A stretch of 64,000 nucleotides of DNA from Trueperaceae bacterium (GCA_965215565.1 CBDCDZ010000004.1:2432001-2496000); one strand, 5' to 3'; positions 18,831 through 29,344 are shown, numbered from the stretch's first letter. Numbers and translations are program-made. The notes: generated by a model from the letters alone, not told the origin.

Positions 18831-20770
18831 CGGCGCTGCTCCTCGAGCCACGCCTGCAGCATGAGCGTGGTCCAGATAGGTGACTGACCCTGCGCGAAGT
18901 TGCCCGCCAGAAAGTCCTCCCACTGCCGCCGCACGCGCCCGACCTCGAGCAGCCCCTCGCGCTCCAACCTCTCCTCGCTGAGCAGGTCCTCCGCCCAGTC
19001 GCGCAGCGGTCCGCGCATCCACCTACCGACAGGCACGCTAAAGCCCTTTTTCGGTCGCTCGACTAAGGCTTCGGGCACGTAGCGGTAGAGCACCTCTCGG
19101 AGGAGCCGCTTTCCCTTGCCACCTCTGAAGTTCAGCGCTAAGGGAAAGCGCCAGGCGAGTTCCGCGACGCGGTGGTCCAAGATGGGCACGCGCGCCTCTA
19201 AGCTGACGCCCATGCTCGCCCTGTCGAGCTTGACGAGGATGTCGTCGGGCATGAACGTCGTCATGTCCCAGTACATGAGGCTCTGCACGTGCTCGGGGAA
19301 CGCGGTCCAGTTGGGGCGGTCCGCCCGGTAGGTCTCGTCCGCTGCAGCGCTCAGCAGCATCTGATGGGCGTCTAAGCGGGTGAGGCGTTTGTTGTGCAGT
19401 TCGCGCTGGCTCTCGAGCCTCAAGTAGTCCGCCATGCGCTCCAAGCGCTCGGCGTTGGCGTACTGCTGCAGCGCGCCGGGTAGCGCCTTGCCTAAACTGT
19501 CGAGGTGGCGCTGCGGCGTCTCGGCGGTCTTCGCCAGCACCTGCGCAGCGGGCGCGCGTAGCGCGTAGGGAACGCGCGCCAAGGTCCGCCAGCGCGCCTC
19601 GTCCTGCTGGTAGCTCGTGTAGCCCGCAAAAAGCTCGTCGCCGCCGTCACCCGAGAGGCTGACCGTCACCTGCTTGCGCGCCAACTCCGAGATGAGAAAG
19701 GTGGGAATCTGCGACTCGTCGGCGTAGGGCTCGTCGTAGAGGCGGGGCAGCTTGGGCACCACCGCCAAGGCGTCCTCGGCGGTGACGTAGAGTTCGGTGT
19801 GGTCCGTGCCCAGATGCTCCGCCACCGCCTTCGCGTGGTGCGCTTCGTTAAAGCCCTCCTCGTGAAACCCTACCGTAAAGGTCTTGACGGGGCGCGCGCT
19901 CCGCGCCTGCATCAGCGCAACCACTGTAGAGGAGTCGATACCGCCCGAAAGAAACGCGCCTAAGGGAACGTCCGCCACCATGCGGCACGCCACCGCCTCG
20001 CTGAGTACCCCGTGCAGGGCGTCGGCGGCGTCCGCCGCGTCACCCTCAAAGGGGCAGCGCAGACCCGCTTGCGCCACCTCATAAGCGGACCAGTAGACCT
20101 GGGGCTCAGGGCGCTCGAGTGGATGACGCAGCTTAATAAGCGCGCCCGGCGGCAGCTTGTAGATACCTTCAAAGATGCTCTCGGGGCTCGGCACGTAGCC
20201 GTAGCGCAAGTAGGTGCCTAGCGCCCGCTGGTTGAGGCGTCCCTCAAAGTCGGGATGCTGCTTCAAGGCGTGCAGCTCGGAACCGAACAGAAACGTCGCC
20301 CCGTTCCAGCCGTAGTAGAGCGGCTTGATGCCCAGCCGGTCACGCACCAAGTAAAGCGCGTCCTCCGCGCGGTCCCAGAGCGCGAAGGCGAACATGCCGA
20401 CGAAACGTTTCACCGCCGCCTCGACGCCCCACGCCTCGAAAGCGGCGAGCATCACCTCCGTGTCGGAGTGACCCCGCCACGTTGCAGAGCCCTCACGCTC
20501 TAGCTCGGCGCGCATCTCCCCAAAGTTGTACACTTCGCCGTTATAAACGAGCGTGTAGCGCCCGCTCGCTGAGCACATCGGCTGATGACCTTCGGGCGAG
20601 AGGTCGATGATGGAGAGTCGCCTGTGACCGAGGGCGAGCCCGCGCTCTTCGTCGAGCCAGTGCCCCTGATCGTCGGGGCCCCGGTAGCGAATCGCGTCCG
20701 TCATCTTCCGAACGCTCTGCGCCAGATTGCCCCCGTCTCGTTTTGTCCAGAATCCTGTTAATCCGCACAT
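18827..20770 (-). CDS. asnB: Asparagine synthase (glutamine-hydrolysing)-like amidotransferase, polysaccharide-cluster type
   Basis: MCG N-terminus, RGPD, HRRLSIIDL, LSGGIDSS, SGDGGDELF. Confidence 0.92.
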   Translation of the reverse strand: MCGLTGFWTKRDGGNLAQSVRKMTDAIRYRGPDDQGHWLDEERGLALGHRRLSIIDLSPEGHQPMCSASGRYTLVYNGEVYNFGEMRAELEREGSATWRGHSDTEVMLAAFEAWGVEAAVKRFVGMFAFALWDRAEDALYLVRDRLGIKPLYYGWNGATFLFGSELHALKQHPDFEGRLNQRALGTYLRYGYVPSPESIFEGIYKLPPGALIKLRHPLERPEPQVYWSAYEVAQAGLRCPFEGDAADAADALHGVLSEAVACRMVADVPLGAFLSGGIDSSTVVALMQARSARPVKTFTVGFHEEGFNEAHHAKAVAEHLGTDHTELYVTAEDALAVVPKLPRLYDEPYADESQIPTFLISELARKQVTVSLSGDGGDELFAGYTSYQQDEARWRTLARVPYALRAPAAQVLAKTAETPQRHLDSLGKALPGALQQYANAERLERMADYLRLESQRELHNKRLTRLDAHQMLLSAAADETYRADRPNWTAFPEHVQSLMYWDMTTFMPDDILVKLDRASMGVSLEARVPILDHRVAELAWRFPLALNFRGGKGKRLLREVLYRYVPEALVERPKKGFSVPVGRWMRGPLRDWAEDLLSEERLEREGLLEVGRVRRQWEDFLAGNFAQGQSPIWTTLMLQAWLEEQRR

Positions 20771-20827
20771 GATGCCCTTTCAAGGAACGTGGCGCTCAGG
20801 GTGAAATAGAGCGAGCAACCCAGTATA

Positions 20828-20850
20828 GCGGGGCGTGAAACCCGCCCCAC
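20828..20850. repeat. REP-like hairpin
   Basis: GCGGGGCGTGAAACCCGCCCCAC imperfect palindrome between co-oriented genes. Confidence 0.4.
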
Positions 20851-20912
20851 GTTTGATTTCACACTCTTCCCTATCCCTACCTACGCTTTTAGCTGATCGC
20901 GCCTCGAGCTGA

Positions 20913-22139
20913 TCACGCCTCTAACTGAGGCTGAGCCGGAACGCTGCGCCGCCGCGCCGGGCTCACACTGCTAGGTAGAACGATGTAGGCGCGGTGCGTG
21001 GTGAAGAGCGTCAGCAAAAACCACGGCACCTTGTAAGTCTGCAAACTGCCCGGTATAAAGGCGACGAGTATCGCAAACCACAGCACGAAGTAAAACGTCC
21101 GGTCTATAAAAGGTAGCTTGAACAGGGGCAACACCGGCACGATAAGGAGCAGCCCGAAGAGGACGAAGCCGACGAGCCCTAGCTCGGTGAGTACCGCGAA
21201 GTAAGCGCTGTGCGAAGCGCCTCCAAAGCCGCGCACTCGCTCCACAGCGTCGCTATAGCCGCCCGCCCCGACGCCGGTAAAGGGCGACTCCCAGAAGGCG
21301 ACGAAGCCAGCCTCCCAAATCTGCGCGCGGTTACTCACGTTGCCCTCGGTGATCTCCTGTCCCGTTTCGGACAGACGCTCGAGGTTGGTCTGGGGTATCG
21401 CGCTGATACCCACCACCGACGCCACGACGATAAGGAGCGTGAGAACCACGCGGCGTGTCACGCTCAAGGAGCCGTAGCTGAGCGGGATAAGGGTGAGCGC
21501 CACGACCGCACACAACATGCCCCCCCTCGAGGCGATCAGCCCAATTGCCATGAGAGAGAGCGGCAGATAGGCGACGAAGAACCAGTGCCGCAGCCCACGC
21601 CGGTAGTTCATCGCGAGATACCAACTCATCGCGATGCCGAGCGCGATAAGCGTCGCGACGGAGTTCGGATTGTCGTTGATGCCCGTGTAGCGGTAAAGAT
21701 TTTGATCCTGCGTAGGGACGAAGGGGTTCGCGACGAAGTTATAGATGATCATAGCGATCACGATGTAAGAGCCCCACACGTAAGCCTGCAAGAGCGACAG
21801 ACGCCGCCCATGCGTGCGGCATAACTCCCAGATGAGCCACATCATAACTAAAAACTGCAAAAAGCTCTGAAAACGTATCTGCGCACTGTCAGGGTTAATA
21901 GCCCAAAAGAAGCTGAGCCCTAACCAGAACACGAAAAACGCGAACAAGATTAGAAAGAGCGACGGCACGCGCGCCTTGAGCTTGCCCCCCTGAAAGACAG
22001 CGGCAGCGCCAGCCGCAAACGCGACGAGCCCAAAGATCGTGCCCACGCCCCCAAAGCCAGGGACAGCGACGGCTCTCTCCCAAGGCATCGAGAAGATGAA
22101 GAGCCAGAGGGCGATAAAAGCAATACGGTTGATGGACAT
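20913..22139 (-). CDS. O-antigen ligase / Wzy_C family membrane protein
   Basis: About 12 TM segments, NPN, SRGG, R..IW, P.TGVGAG, SHSAY..L.ELG motifs. Confidence 0.88.
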   Translation of the reverse strand: MSINRIAFIALWLFIFSMPWERAVAVPGFGGVGTIFGLVAFAAGAAAVFQGGKLKARVPSLFLILFAFFVFWLGLSFFWAINPDSAQIRFQSFLQFLVMMWLIWELCRTHGRRLSLLQAYVWGSYIVIAMIIYNFVANPFVPTQDQNLYRYTGINDNPNSVATLIALGIAMSWYLAMNYRRGLRHWFFVAYLPLSLMAIGLIASRGGMLCAVVALTLIPLSYGSLSVTRRVVLTLLIVVASVVGISAIPQTNLERLSETGQEITEGNVSNRAQIWEAGFVAFWESPFTGVGAGGYSDAVERVRGFGGASHSAYFAVLTELGLVGFVLFGLLLIVPVLPLFKLPFIDRTFYFVLWFAILVAFIPGSLQTYKVPWFLLTLFTTHRAYIVLPSSVSPARRRSVPAQPQLEA

Positions 22140-22314
22140 GGTGCTCCCTATAAGATGCGCTCAAAGCAGGTGTAGTCGTTCTAAGCAGGCGGAACAGACG
22201 CCCGCGTTCATTACTATAGCGGTTTCGCTCTAAAAGGGGTGTGTCATCTGCATGTTTAGTGGCTTTTCAAATATGTCTCTACTGCAATACAAGCACCTGC
22301 GCAGCTTGTTGAAC

Positions 22315-22341
22315 AAAAAAAGAAGACCCCGAAGGGTCTTC
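22315..22341 (-). terminator. Intrinsic terminator after the 526-aa lipoprotein gene
   Basis: Minus strand GAAGACCC-TTCG-GGGTCTTC followed by a T run. Confidence 0.8.
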
Positions 22342-22362
22342 CTAAAAGTTGCAAATGTACGT

Positions 22363-23943
22363 TTAGTTAGCAGGTGCTGCCGTGGTCGCACTCGTGTTGA
22401 CGTAGCCACGTGGCACATTGAGCTGAGTACCGTTGATGTTGGCCTTCAAGACGTACGCAAACTCAGTTTGCCGATCTTGATTGAGATTGCTTTCGTCAGC
22501 ATTCTCCGTGACAGTAATTTGGTAAACGCAAGTAACGGTAGTCGGGGCGGTAGAAAGGTCACTACACGCTGCGTCCGAGCCTTCAGCAAGGCCTACCAAT
22601 GTGAACCCCCCGGCACTGGGGTTACCGCTGGTCAGCACTTCTATACGGTTGCCGTTGGTATCAGGGTTGTCAAGGTTGACGATCTCAATGCCGATAGAAG
22701 TCACGCCACCGGCGTCTGAAGCCACGACCTGCGCGTAGATATCGCCCGGGGGCGTAACTTGCACGACGTTGGAATCAGATTCGCTCTCAATGCTTCCTTC
22801 GCTATCATTGAGGAAGTCACCATCAGCAGAGTTAGCTACACCGAAGGAGCTTTCACCCGTTGGCGTTTCGCCGCCGTTGCCATTATCTGGCTCACCAGTG
22901 ACTTCAATCGTCACTTCTTCACTCGTAGCGGTAACGGTGTCGTCATCGTCACTCGTCACAGTTGCTGTTGCGGTGTACGTACCAGCAGCGCTAGGCGTGA
23001 AAACTGCTGTGTTACCCGTTGCGACAACTTCGCCATCAGCAACTGGATCAGGGTCTTCTCCCTCATCGTCACCATCTGGTGTAGTAACGGTGAAGTCGTA
23101 CGTTACGTCACCCTCACCGAAGTTCGAGGCGAGCGCCGTTAAATCAACAGTAGCAGCGTCTTCACCATCGGCTGCAAGCGCGACAGAGGTGGGGTCAGCG
23201 ATCAAGGTTACTGAGGGATCAGCGGTAACAGCTTGACCATTCTCTACGACGGTAACCGTTACAGCGTCGCTGTCAGCAGTCACGGAGTCGTCGTCATCAC
23301 TTGTGGCAGTCGCAGTGATGACGTAGTCGCCCGCCACATCCGGCGTGAGCGTCGCGGTGTTATCCGTTGCAGTGAGTTCGGTGACCGTGCTATCCGTTGG
23401 CGCAGAGGTCACAGCAAAGCTATAGGTTACGTCGCCGCTAGCACCCGAAGCGAGAGCGGTCAGCGTTACGGTTGCAGCGTCTTCGTTCTCGGCTGCGAGC
23501 GCAACAGAGGTAGGGTCCGCAACAAGCGTGACTGAACCGATAGTCGGTGTTTCCGGCTCTTCTCCTTCATTGACGGTGATAGATACAGCGTCGCTCGTAT
23601 CACTTTGGGCACCACTCGTAGCAGTGACGGTAGCGCTGTACGTGCCAGCGGTGCCAGGCGTGAACGTGGCCGTATCGTCGGCTTCAACAAGCTCAGCCAC
23701 AGCAACGTCGGCTCCGCTCGCGTCAGTTACGGCGAAGTCGTAAGTCACATCGCCATCAAAGTCTTCGCTGGTGGCAGTTAAAGTAACAGCGGTTCCTACA
23801 TCTACCGTTGTTGGGCTAGCGCTCAGCGAAGCGGTAGGCGTATCGGTACCGTTTTCGTCCTCCACCGCCGGACACGCTGTAAGCGCGAAGACTAGCAGGA
23901 GCGGAACGAACCGCACCCAAGTTTTGTTGAACATCTGTTGCAT
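22363..23943 (-). CDS. Acidic Thr-rich surface lipoprotein: three PKD/Ig-like repeats plus a C-terminal disulfide domain
   Basis: Lipobox LTAC; three repeats of SVTL.ADPTSV...VTLTA...GDVTY.F.VT...AGTY...T.T; SD GGAGG. Confidence 0.85.
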   Translation of the reverse strand: MQQMFNKTWVRFVPLLLVFALTACPAVEDENGTDTPTASLSASPTTVDVGTAVTLTATSEDFDGDVTYDFAVTDASGADVAVAELVEADDTATFTPGTAGTYSATVTATSGAQSDTSDAVSITVNEGEEPETPTIGSVTLVADPTSVALAAENEDAATVTLTALASGASGDVTYSFAVTSAPTDSTVTELTATDNTATLTPDVAGDYVITATATSDDDDSVTADSDAVTVTVVENGQAVTADPSVTLIADPTSVALAADGEDAATVDLTALASNFGEGDVTYDFTVTTPDGDDEGEDPDPVADGEVVATGNTAVFTPSAAGTYTATATVTSDDDDTVTATSEEVTIEVTGEPDNGNGGETPTGESSFGVANSADGDFLNDSEGSIESESDSNVVQVTPPGDIYAQVVASDAGGVTSIGIEIVNLDNPDTNGNRIEVLTSGNPSAGGFTLVGLAEGSDAACSDLSTAPTTVTCVYQITVTENADESNLNQDRQTEFAYVLKANINGTQLNVPRGYVNTSATTAAPAN

Positions 23944-24432
23944 GTATTTCCTCCATCTCTATTTATCTCTTTAAGAATCTTCACCTGAAAAGGTACAATT
24001 CACAAAGAGCCCAGACACTTATAACACAAGGTTTTTAGCTTGGCTACACCCTTATGTACTATTTCACACCCCAAAAACGCTCTTAGCGCCGTCTATTGAG
24101 CAAGTTCACCTCCTTTTCAGGCAAAAGTGAGATTTTTAACACTGGGCGTTTTTGCGCGTTTTCACTCTCGAGTCCACTCACGCTACTTCCGCTCCGGCTC
24201 GAGGCTCCTCGCAACGTGAAAATCCTCAGACAAAATAGAGTCGAAACCGCACTACCCGGACTTGTGTGAGCTAATTATGAAGTCGCGAGGTGAGGTGTTT
24301 GTGAGGTATCTCGCTTCATGAAGGTCCGAGATTGGTTACACCTTGAAATGTGTGACCTAAAACGTGCGGTGTAAGCTTCTACACAAAGGCAAGTAGCAGG
24401 ACAACTCGAGACTGCATAAGGGAGAGGTGAGG

Positions 24433-25224
24433 ATGAAAAACGCGGCTTTGTTGACAGTGGCTCTTTTGTTGGCGGCTTGTGCGCCTAGCGCGAGGGATTC
24501 GGGCATGGCGGGCGAGGTCAGAACCGAGTCAGAGGATATGGCGAGTAGCGACACGGATATGGACATGTCGAGCGGTATGACGGGCGGCGAAATGGACATG
24601 TCGTCGGATATGGAGATGGCGACGGGCGGCGCGACGGGTGGTGACATGGGGATGGACATGTCGGATATGGACATGGACACAGGCGGTATGACCGGCGGCG
24701 CAGGCATGTCAGATATGGGTGACATGTCGGATATGGGTGACATGTCGGATATGGGTGACGCGCAGACCGGAGTGGCGGGTGACGCGGAAGCGCCGACGGG
24801 AACGCTGGAGGTGGCGGCGAGCCCGGCGGGTCCTTTCTACAACGATAGACCGGGCGGCATCTCGGACATGAGCGACGAGCGCGTGGTGCGCGTGCTGCCG
24901 GGCGGCTCAGTTTTCTTCCGGGTGAATTACAGCGATCCGAGCGGCATCTCACGCGTAAACATCTCCCTTAGAAACTCCGCCGAGCAGGGCGAGCTGCCGA
25001 CGGAATCGTTCACCATCGACGAAGCGGCTTCTACGTCCACGTGTGACGATCAACTCGCCACCACGCCCACCGAACTCAACTGCACGATCAAGGTGGACGT
25101 CGCACCGGGCGCGCAGAACATCAGCGAGGGCGGCGAGTTCGCCTACGTCTTCCGCGCGAGAGTAGGGGACGCGGCGGGCAACGTCGAGGTGGACAACGAC
25201 CGGGGTTACGTGAGCATCCGCTAA
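24433..25224 (+). CDS. Lipoprotein with Met/Asp/Gly-rich linker and C-terminal domain paralogous to that of 22363-23943
   Basis: Lipobox LAAC; MSDMGD repeats; shared EFAYV and RGYV motifs and Cys pair. Confidence 0.85.
   Translation: MKNAALLTVALLLAACAPSARDSGMAGEVRTESEDMASSDTDMDMSSGMTGGEMDMSSDMEMATGGATGGDMGMDMSDMDMDTGGMTGGAGMSDMGDMSDMGDMSDMGDAQTGVAGDAEAPTGTLEVAASPAGPFYNDRPGGISDMSDERVVRVLPGGSVFFRVNYSDPSGISRVNISLRNSAEQGELPTESFTIDEAASTSTCDDQLATTPTELNCTIKVDVAPGAQNISEGGEFAYVFRARVGDAAGNVEVDNDRGYVSIR
24706..24759 (+). repeat. 18-bp tandem repeat x3 encoding MSDMGD
   Basis: ATGTC(A/G)GATATGGGTGAC three times. Confidence 0.9.
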
Positions 25225-25273
25225 GGTAGTAGCAGCACCAGGTTAATAACGTCACAAAGTTAGTAGCATCACT

Positions 25274-25330
25274 GGGGCGTCCCTTTCGTTAAGATTCGCT
25301 TAACTTTATGAAAGGGACGCCTTGTTTTTT
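25274..25330 (+). terminator. Intrinsic terminator
   Basis: GGCGTCCCTTTC...GAAAGGGACGCC then TTGTTTTTT. Confidence 0.65.
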
Positions 25331-25454
25331 AGGTTATAGCGAGGCTGTGGCGGGGCTGTGGTGCGCTGGGGCGCTGCACTCGGTGGTGCCCGCGGCCCAA
25401 CCCCGTGGACGGGTGCACTTCACTTGCTCGAGCGAAAGGTGCTATAACCGTCAG

Positions 25455-27248
25455 GTGACAGAGGTTACGACATCCACCACAGCCGAATCCGCAGGGGCCG
25501 AGAATTCAGCAATCAGTTCAGGCGAACCCTGGCGCAACGTTTGGACAAAGCCGCTGTGGTCGGGCTGCTTCGCGCTCTTATCCCTCTTGTCCCTCGCGTT
25601 CATCTGGCTCTTCCCCTATGTGCCGACGCAAGACGGTCCTGCGCACCTAGACGCGGCGGCGACGCTCTTGCGGCTCTCCGAGGGGAGTTTTCAGAGCCGC
25701 TTTTTCGAGGCGCAGTGGCAGCTCGCGACGAATCAGCTCTATCACGGGCTGCTCGTCTCGCTAGGGTCACTGTTTCCCTTGCTCGTCGCTGAGAAACTCC
25801 TGCTGAGCGTTTACGCGCTCGCGGTGCCCGCTTCGGCGCTCTTCGCGATGCGCGGTCTCAGAGGTTCGTCGCCGCTGGCTATCTTTCTCATCTTTCCCGC
25901 TATCTATTCCTACGTCTTTTATTTGGGGTTTTACAACTTCTGCTTAGGGCTCGTCTTCTTTCTACTCACACTAGGCGTATTTTTCAGACTCGTGGACGCT
26001 GAGACGCTGCGAAGAAGCGCCCTGCTCACGGCGCTGCTCGCGCTCAGCCTCGCGCTCTGCTACGCCGCGCACATCGTCGCGGCGGCGAACGCGCTTTTGG
26101 CGCTCGGGGTGATGACACTCGTCGCGCTGCTGAGAAGGCGGACGCACGCGCCGCGCCACGCGCTCCTCGTCGCTTTAGCCGCGCTGCCCACTGTTGGGTT
26201 CGTCGGCACTTTCTTCTTGACGCAGCCCTCTAGCGCAGAGGAAGGCGCGACGAACTTCTTGAGCGTACCGGACCTCATCGCCGCATTTTTCTTTCACATT
26301 CCGAATCTACCCTACAAGGTCTACAGCCCGCTCATCGTCCACTCGTGGCTCGACGCGCTCTTTAGCGCGCCGTGGCACCTGCTGCTCGTGGCGCTTTTGG
26401 GGTTGGCGATTCGCCAAAGCGTACGCGAACGCAGCGCGGCGCGCCCCGACCTCTTGGCGGCGCTCGCGGTGTTTCTCTTCGTCATCCTCTGGACGCCCAA
26501 CCGTCTGGGCGAGATCGGCTTTCTCACTGACCGTTTTTTGCCCTACGGCTACGCGCTCCTCACGCTGTGGCTTTCGGCTGTGCGCTTTGCGCCGCGCGTT
26601 TGGCGCAGGGCGGCGCTCGCGGGCACGCTCTGCGCAGGGGCGCTCTTCGTGTACCGCTTGCCCCTTCACGCGATGCTGAACGCCAACTTGCGTGAATTCG
26701 TCTCGGCGGAAGAGGTCATTAAGGATAACAGCGCGGTACTGCCGCTCATCTTGGTCAAGGACGACAACGCTCATCCGCCGGCGGGCTTTGTCCTGCCCAA
26801 CATGCGCTACAGCGAGACGCTGCACGCGGTGGGCTACCTCGCGCTGGGGCGCTCCATCGTCACTTTGAACGACTATCAGGCGTCGAAGGGCTACTTTCCG
26901 CTGCGCTACAAGGAGGCGGCGAGCCCGGTTGAATATCTTACGGAGGGTGAGTTTGCGGCGCTCGAGCGCCCCCCCTTCGCCTTCGACTTGCGCGCCTACC
27001 GAGAAGAGACCGGTCAAGCGGTAGATTACCTGCTCCTCTGGGGCGATTTAGATGAGGTCAGGGCGCGCCCGGACGTTCAGGACATCTTGGCGCAACTCGG
27101 CGACTACACGCTCGTCCACACCTCCGAGCCGCGCAACCTCATGCGCGTCTATGCGCGGCAACCGTTGGCGTCGGGCGCAAGGCGCAGGGTAGAGCCCTTA
27201 GAGGAGCGTATGGCAGGGCGTTTGGTGGGGCGTTCAGAGGAGCAGTAG
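25455..27248 (+). CDS. Polytopic membrane protein, probable GT-C-fold glycosyltransferase
   Basis: First TM followed by QDGPAH loop, many TMs, soluble C-terminal domain; GTG 25455 lies 6 nt after an extended -10 TGCTATAAC. Confidence 0.6.
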   Translation: MTEVTTSTTAESAGAENSAISSGEPWRNVWTKPLWSGCFALLSLLSLAFIWLFPYVPTQDGPAHLDAAATLLRLSEGSFQSRFFEAQWQLATNQLYHGLLVSLGSLFPLLVAEKLLLSVYALAVPASALFAMRGLRGSSPLAIFLIFPAIYSYVFYLGFYNFCLGLVFFLLTLGVFFRLVDAETLRRSALLTALLALSLALCYAAHIVAAANALLALGVMTLVALLRRRTHAPRHALLVALAALPTVGFVGTFFLTQPSSAEEGATNFLSVPDLIAAFFFHIPNLPYKVYSPLIVHSWLDALFSAPWHLLLVALLGLAIRQSVRERSAARPDLLAALAVFLFVILWTPNRLGEIGFLTDRFLPYGYALLTLWLSAVRFAPRVWRRAALAGTLCAGALFVYRLPLHAMLNANLREFVSAEEVIKDNSAVLPLILVKDDNAHPPAGFVLPNMRYSETLHAVGYLALGRSIVTLNDYQASKGYFPLRYKEAASPVEYLTEGEFAALERPPFAFDLRAYREETGQAVDYLLLWGDLDEVRARPDVQDILAQLGDYTLVHTSEPRNLMRVYARQPLASGARRRVEPLEERMAGRLVGRSEEQ

Positions 27249-27838
27249 TGACGCCACTCGGACACCTCGCAGTCGCTTACAGCCTCGGTAGGGGTATCGG
27301 CAAGGGCGTCGCTAACGCTTCTGCCCGGTCTTCTACTAGTATGTCTTCCGCCGCGTCCACCGCGCTGCTCGCAACGGTCATAGGTGGACTCGCGCCGGAC
27401 GTCGATTTCTTGCTCATCGGCGTCGGCAGCTTCAACACCTTGCACCGTTCGCTCACCCACAACCTCTTCTTTGTACTCACAGTCGCCGCGTTTTGCGCAT
27501 TCTTGGCTTTTAGAGTACACTCAAAACGCGGTGTCTGGCGGAGCGCATTTTTAGGCGCTGTGACGGGTGGGCTCAGTCACCTTTTTGTAGACGCTATCCT
27601 TGACAGTAATGCGAGTAACGGCGTGGGCGTTGCGGCGCTCTGGCCTCTGAGTGGGTGGTTCTTTTCGCCCTTTAACCTGGCGTCTCAGCGTTGCCCGAGT
27701 TGGGAGGAACCGTTTACAGCCATTTTCTGTAACTTGCCGCTTATCCTCTGGGAGGTGCCCTTTTACCTCCTCGCCGCGCTCCTCTGGTGGCGCACCGCTC
27801 AACGTCGTCGCATATCTACGGGTTCAGAAACTGACTAA
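27248..27838 (+). CDS. YdjM-like membrane metal-dependent hydrolase
   Basis: GH, APDVD, HRSLTHN, SHLFVD motifs. Confidence 0.85.
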   Translation: MTPLGHLAVAYSLGRGIGKGVANASARSSTSMSSAASTALLATVIGGLAPDVDFLLIGVGSFNTLHRSLTHNLFFVLTVAAFCAFLAFRVHSKRGVWRSAFLGAVTGGLSHLFVDAILDSNASNGVGVAALWPLSGWFFSPFNLASQRCPSWEEPFTAIFCNLPLILWEVPFYLLAALLWWRTAQRRRISTGSETD

Positions 27839-27847
27839 GGAAAAGGT

Positions 27848-29344
27848 ATGCCTATGAAACTATCCAACCTACTCAACTTCGAACACACAGCGTCTGCGTC
27901 CGATCTCCAAGAAACTGAGCGCCCTTCCTGGGCGCTACTAAGCCGCAGCTTTCCGCTCACGCTCTTTGTCGGTCTACTCTTGGCGCTCTCGGTGACGCTA
28001 CTCCTTGCCATGTCAATCAACCGCGCTTTCGACTTCCACGACGAGTTCGAGGCGATGCACACCACCTGGAAGATGTTTCAAGGGCAAGAGATTTACACCG
28101 ACTTTATTCAGCACCATCATCCCTTTATGTATTACACCCTGTTGCCACTTTACACGCTTTTTGGCGGCGCGACGGACGTACTTATCGCCGCGAGGGTCTT
28201 CATTTTCTTTCAGCTTGCAGCGATGCTGGCGCTGACCTATCTCATCGCCAAAGAGGTTTATCAAAAGCGCCTCATCGCCCTCACGAGCACACTTTTTTTA
28301 TCGCTGACGACGCTTTTTACCGCGAAAGCTATTGAGATTCGCCCCGATGTGCCGCAGAGCCTCCTGAGTCTTTTGGGCGCGTATCTAGTGGTGCGGTTTT
28401 TTCGCACGCGCTCGAGGTGGACGCTAGTCGCCGCAGGTCTCGCCTCGGGCGCGTCCATTCTATTTTTGCAAAAAGGGATTGTGTTCGCGGGCTTAGTCGG
28501 CTTAGTGCTGTTAGGGCGCTGGCTATTTGGACGCGACATAAAATTTCGTGAAGGGTTGCTCTTTGCAGGCTCTGTTGTTGCGGCGCTGCTCCCTTACACG
28601 CTCTACTTGCTGCTCAGTGGCAAATTAGCCTCGTTTATCTTCTGGAACTTCACTTATAACACGCTCTATTATCAACTGCGCGGCTGGGAGGCGAGCAGGC
28701 TCGCTAAAAATATATACAGTGTTTTTGACGATAACGGTCTCTTGCTACTGCTTTTTTCAGCGACGCTGTTCTTTCTACCTAAAAAGAGGCTCGAATGGGA
28801 ACTCATCTTTTTGGCCGCTGGCGTATTCGGCTTTACCCTTCTCACCGGGCGTCACAACCCGCAGTATTACCTCTTGATCTTTCCGTTTGTAGCGATTTTG
28901 TCGGCTAGGGGGCTCATCACAGGTCTCAAGGTCGGCAGAGGAGGCAAGCTCGCCACTTTGCTCGTTCTAACGTTTGCGTGCCTTATACCGTTTGCCCGCC
29001 AGATCGCGGACATCATCGTCAACACAAACGAGCCACAGCTCGCCAAAATTCAATACGTTCTGGACCTTACAGATGAAGATGACTATGTTCATGACGGCAA
29101 CATCACCTTTAACCTCTTTCGGCGCGACATCGACTTTATCTGGTATATGGTGGACGAACCCTACAAAGCGGTCGAGACATTAGAGACGCTGCTTGACTAC
29201 GACTACAATATCTACGAAGCCATTGAGCGCTACGAACCTAAAGTGATTTCAGCTTTCGGCATTGACGATATGAACGACCCACGCATCGCGAACTACTACG
29301 TCCAGTCACCGGAGTACCGCGACCTCTTTATCCGAATTGAATAA
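27848..29344 (+). CDS. ArnT/PMT-like (GT-C) glycosyltransferase
   Basis: DE motif after TM1, Y.DF..HH.P, EIRPD, multiple TMs. Confidence 0.78.
   Translation: MPMKLSNLLNFEHTASASDLQETERPSWALLSRSFPLTLFVGLLLALSVTLLLAMSINRAFDFHDEFEAMHTTWKMFQGQEIYTDFIQHHHPFMYYTLLPLYTLFGGATDVLIAARVFIFFQLAAMLALTYLIAKEVYQKRLIALTSTLFLSLTTLFTAKAIEIRPDVPQSLLSLLGAYLVVRFFRTRSRWTLVAAGLASGASILFLQKGIVFAGLVGLVLLGRWLFGRDIKFREGLLFAGSVVAALLPYTLYLLLSGKLASFIFWNFTYNTLYYQLRGWEASRLAKNIYSVFDDNGLLLLLFSATLFFLPKKRLEWELIFLAAGVFGFTLLTGRHNPQYYLLIFPFVAILSARGLITGLKVGRGGKLATLLVLTFACLIPFARQIADIIVNTNEPQLAKIQYVLDLTDEDDYVHDGNITFNLFRRDIDFIWYMVDEPYKAVETLETLLDYDYNIYEAIERYEPKVISAFGIDDMNDPRIANYYVQSPEYRDLFIRIE

Noticed and set aside
23975..24360. Many GTGA/TCAC half-sites, one Crp-like site near 24300
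   Set aside because: No well-formed palindromic operator; cannot be assigned by eye.
24541..24760. Short repeats resembling a CRISPR array
   Set aside because: In-frame coding repeats without unique spacers; no cas genes in the window.
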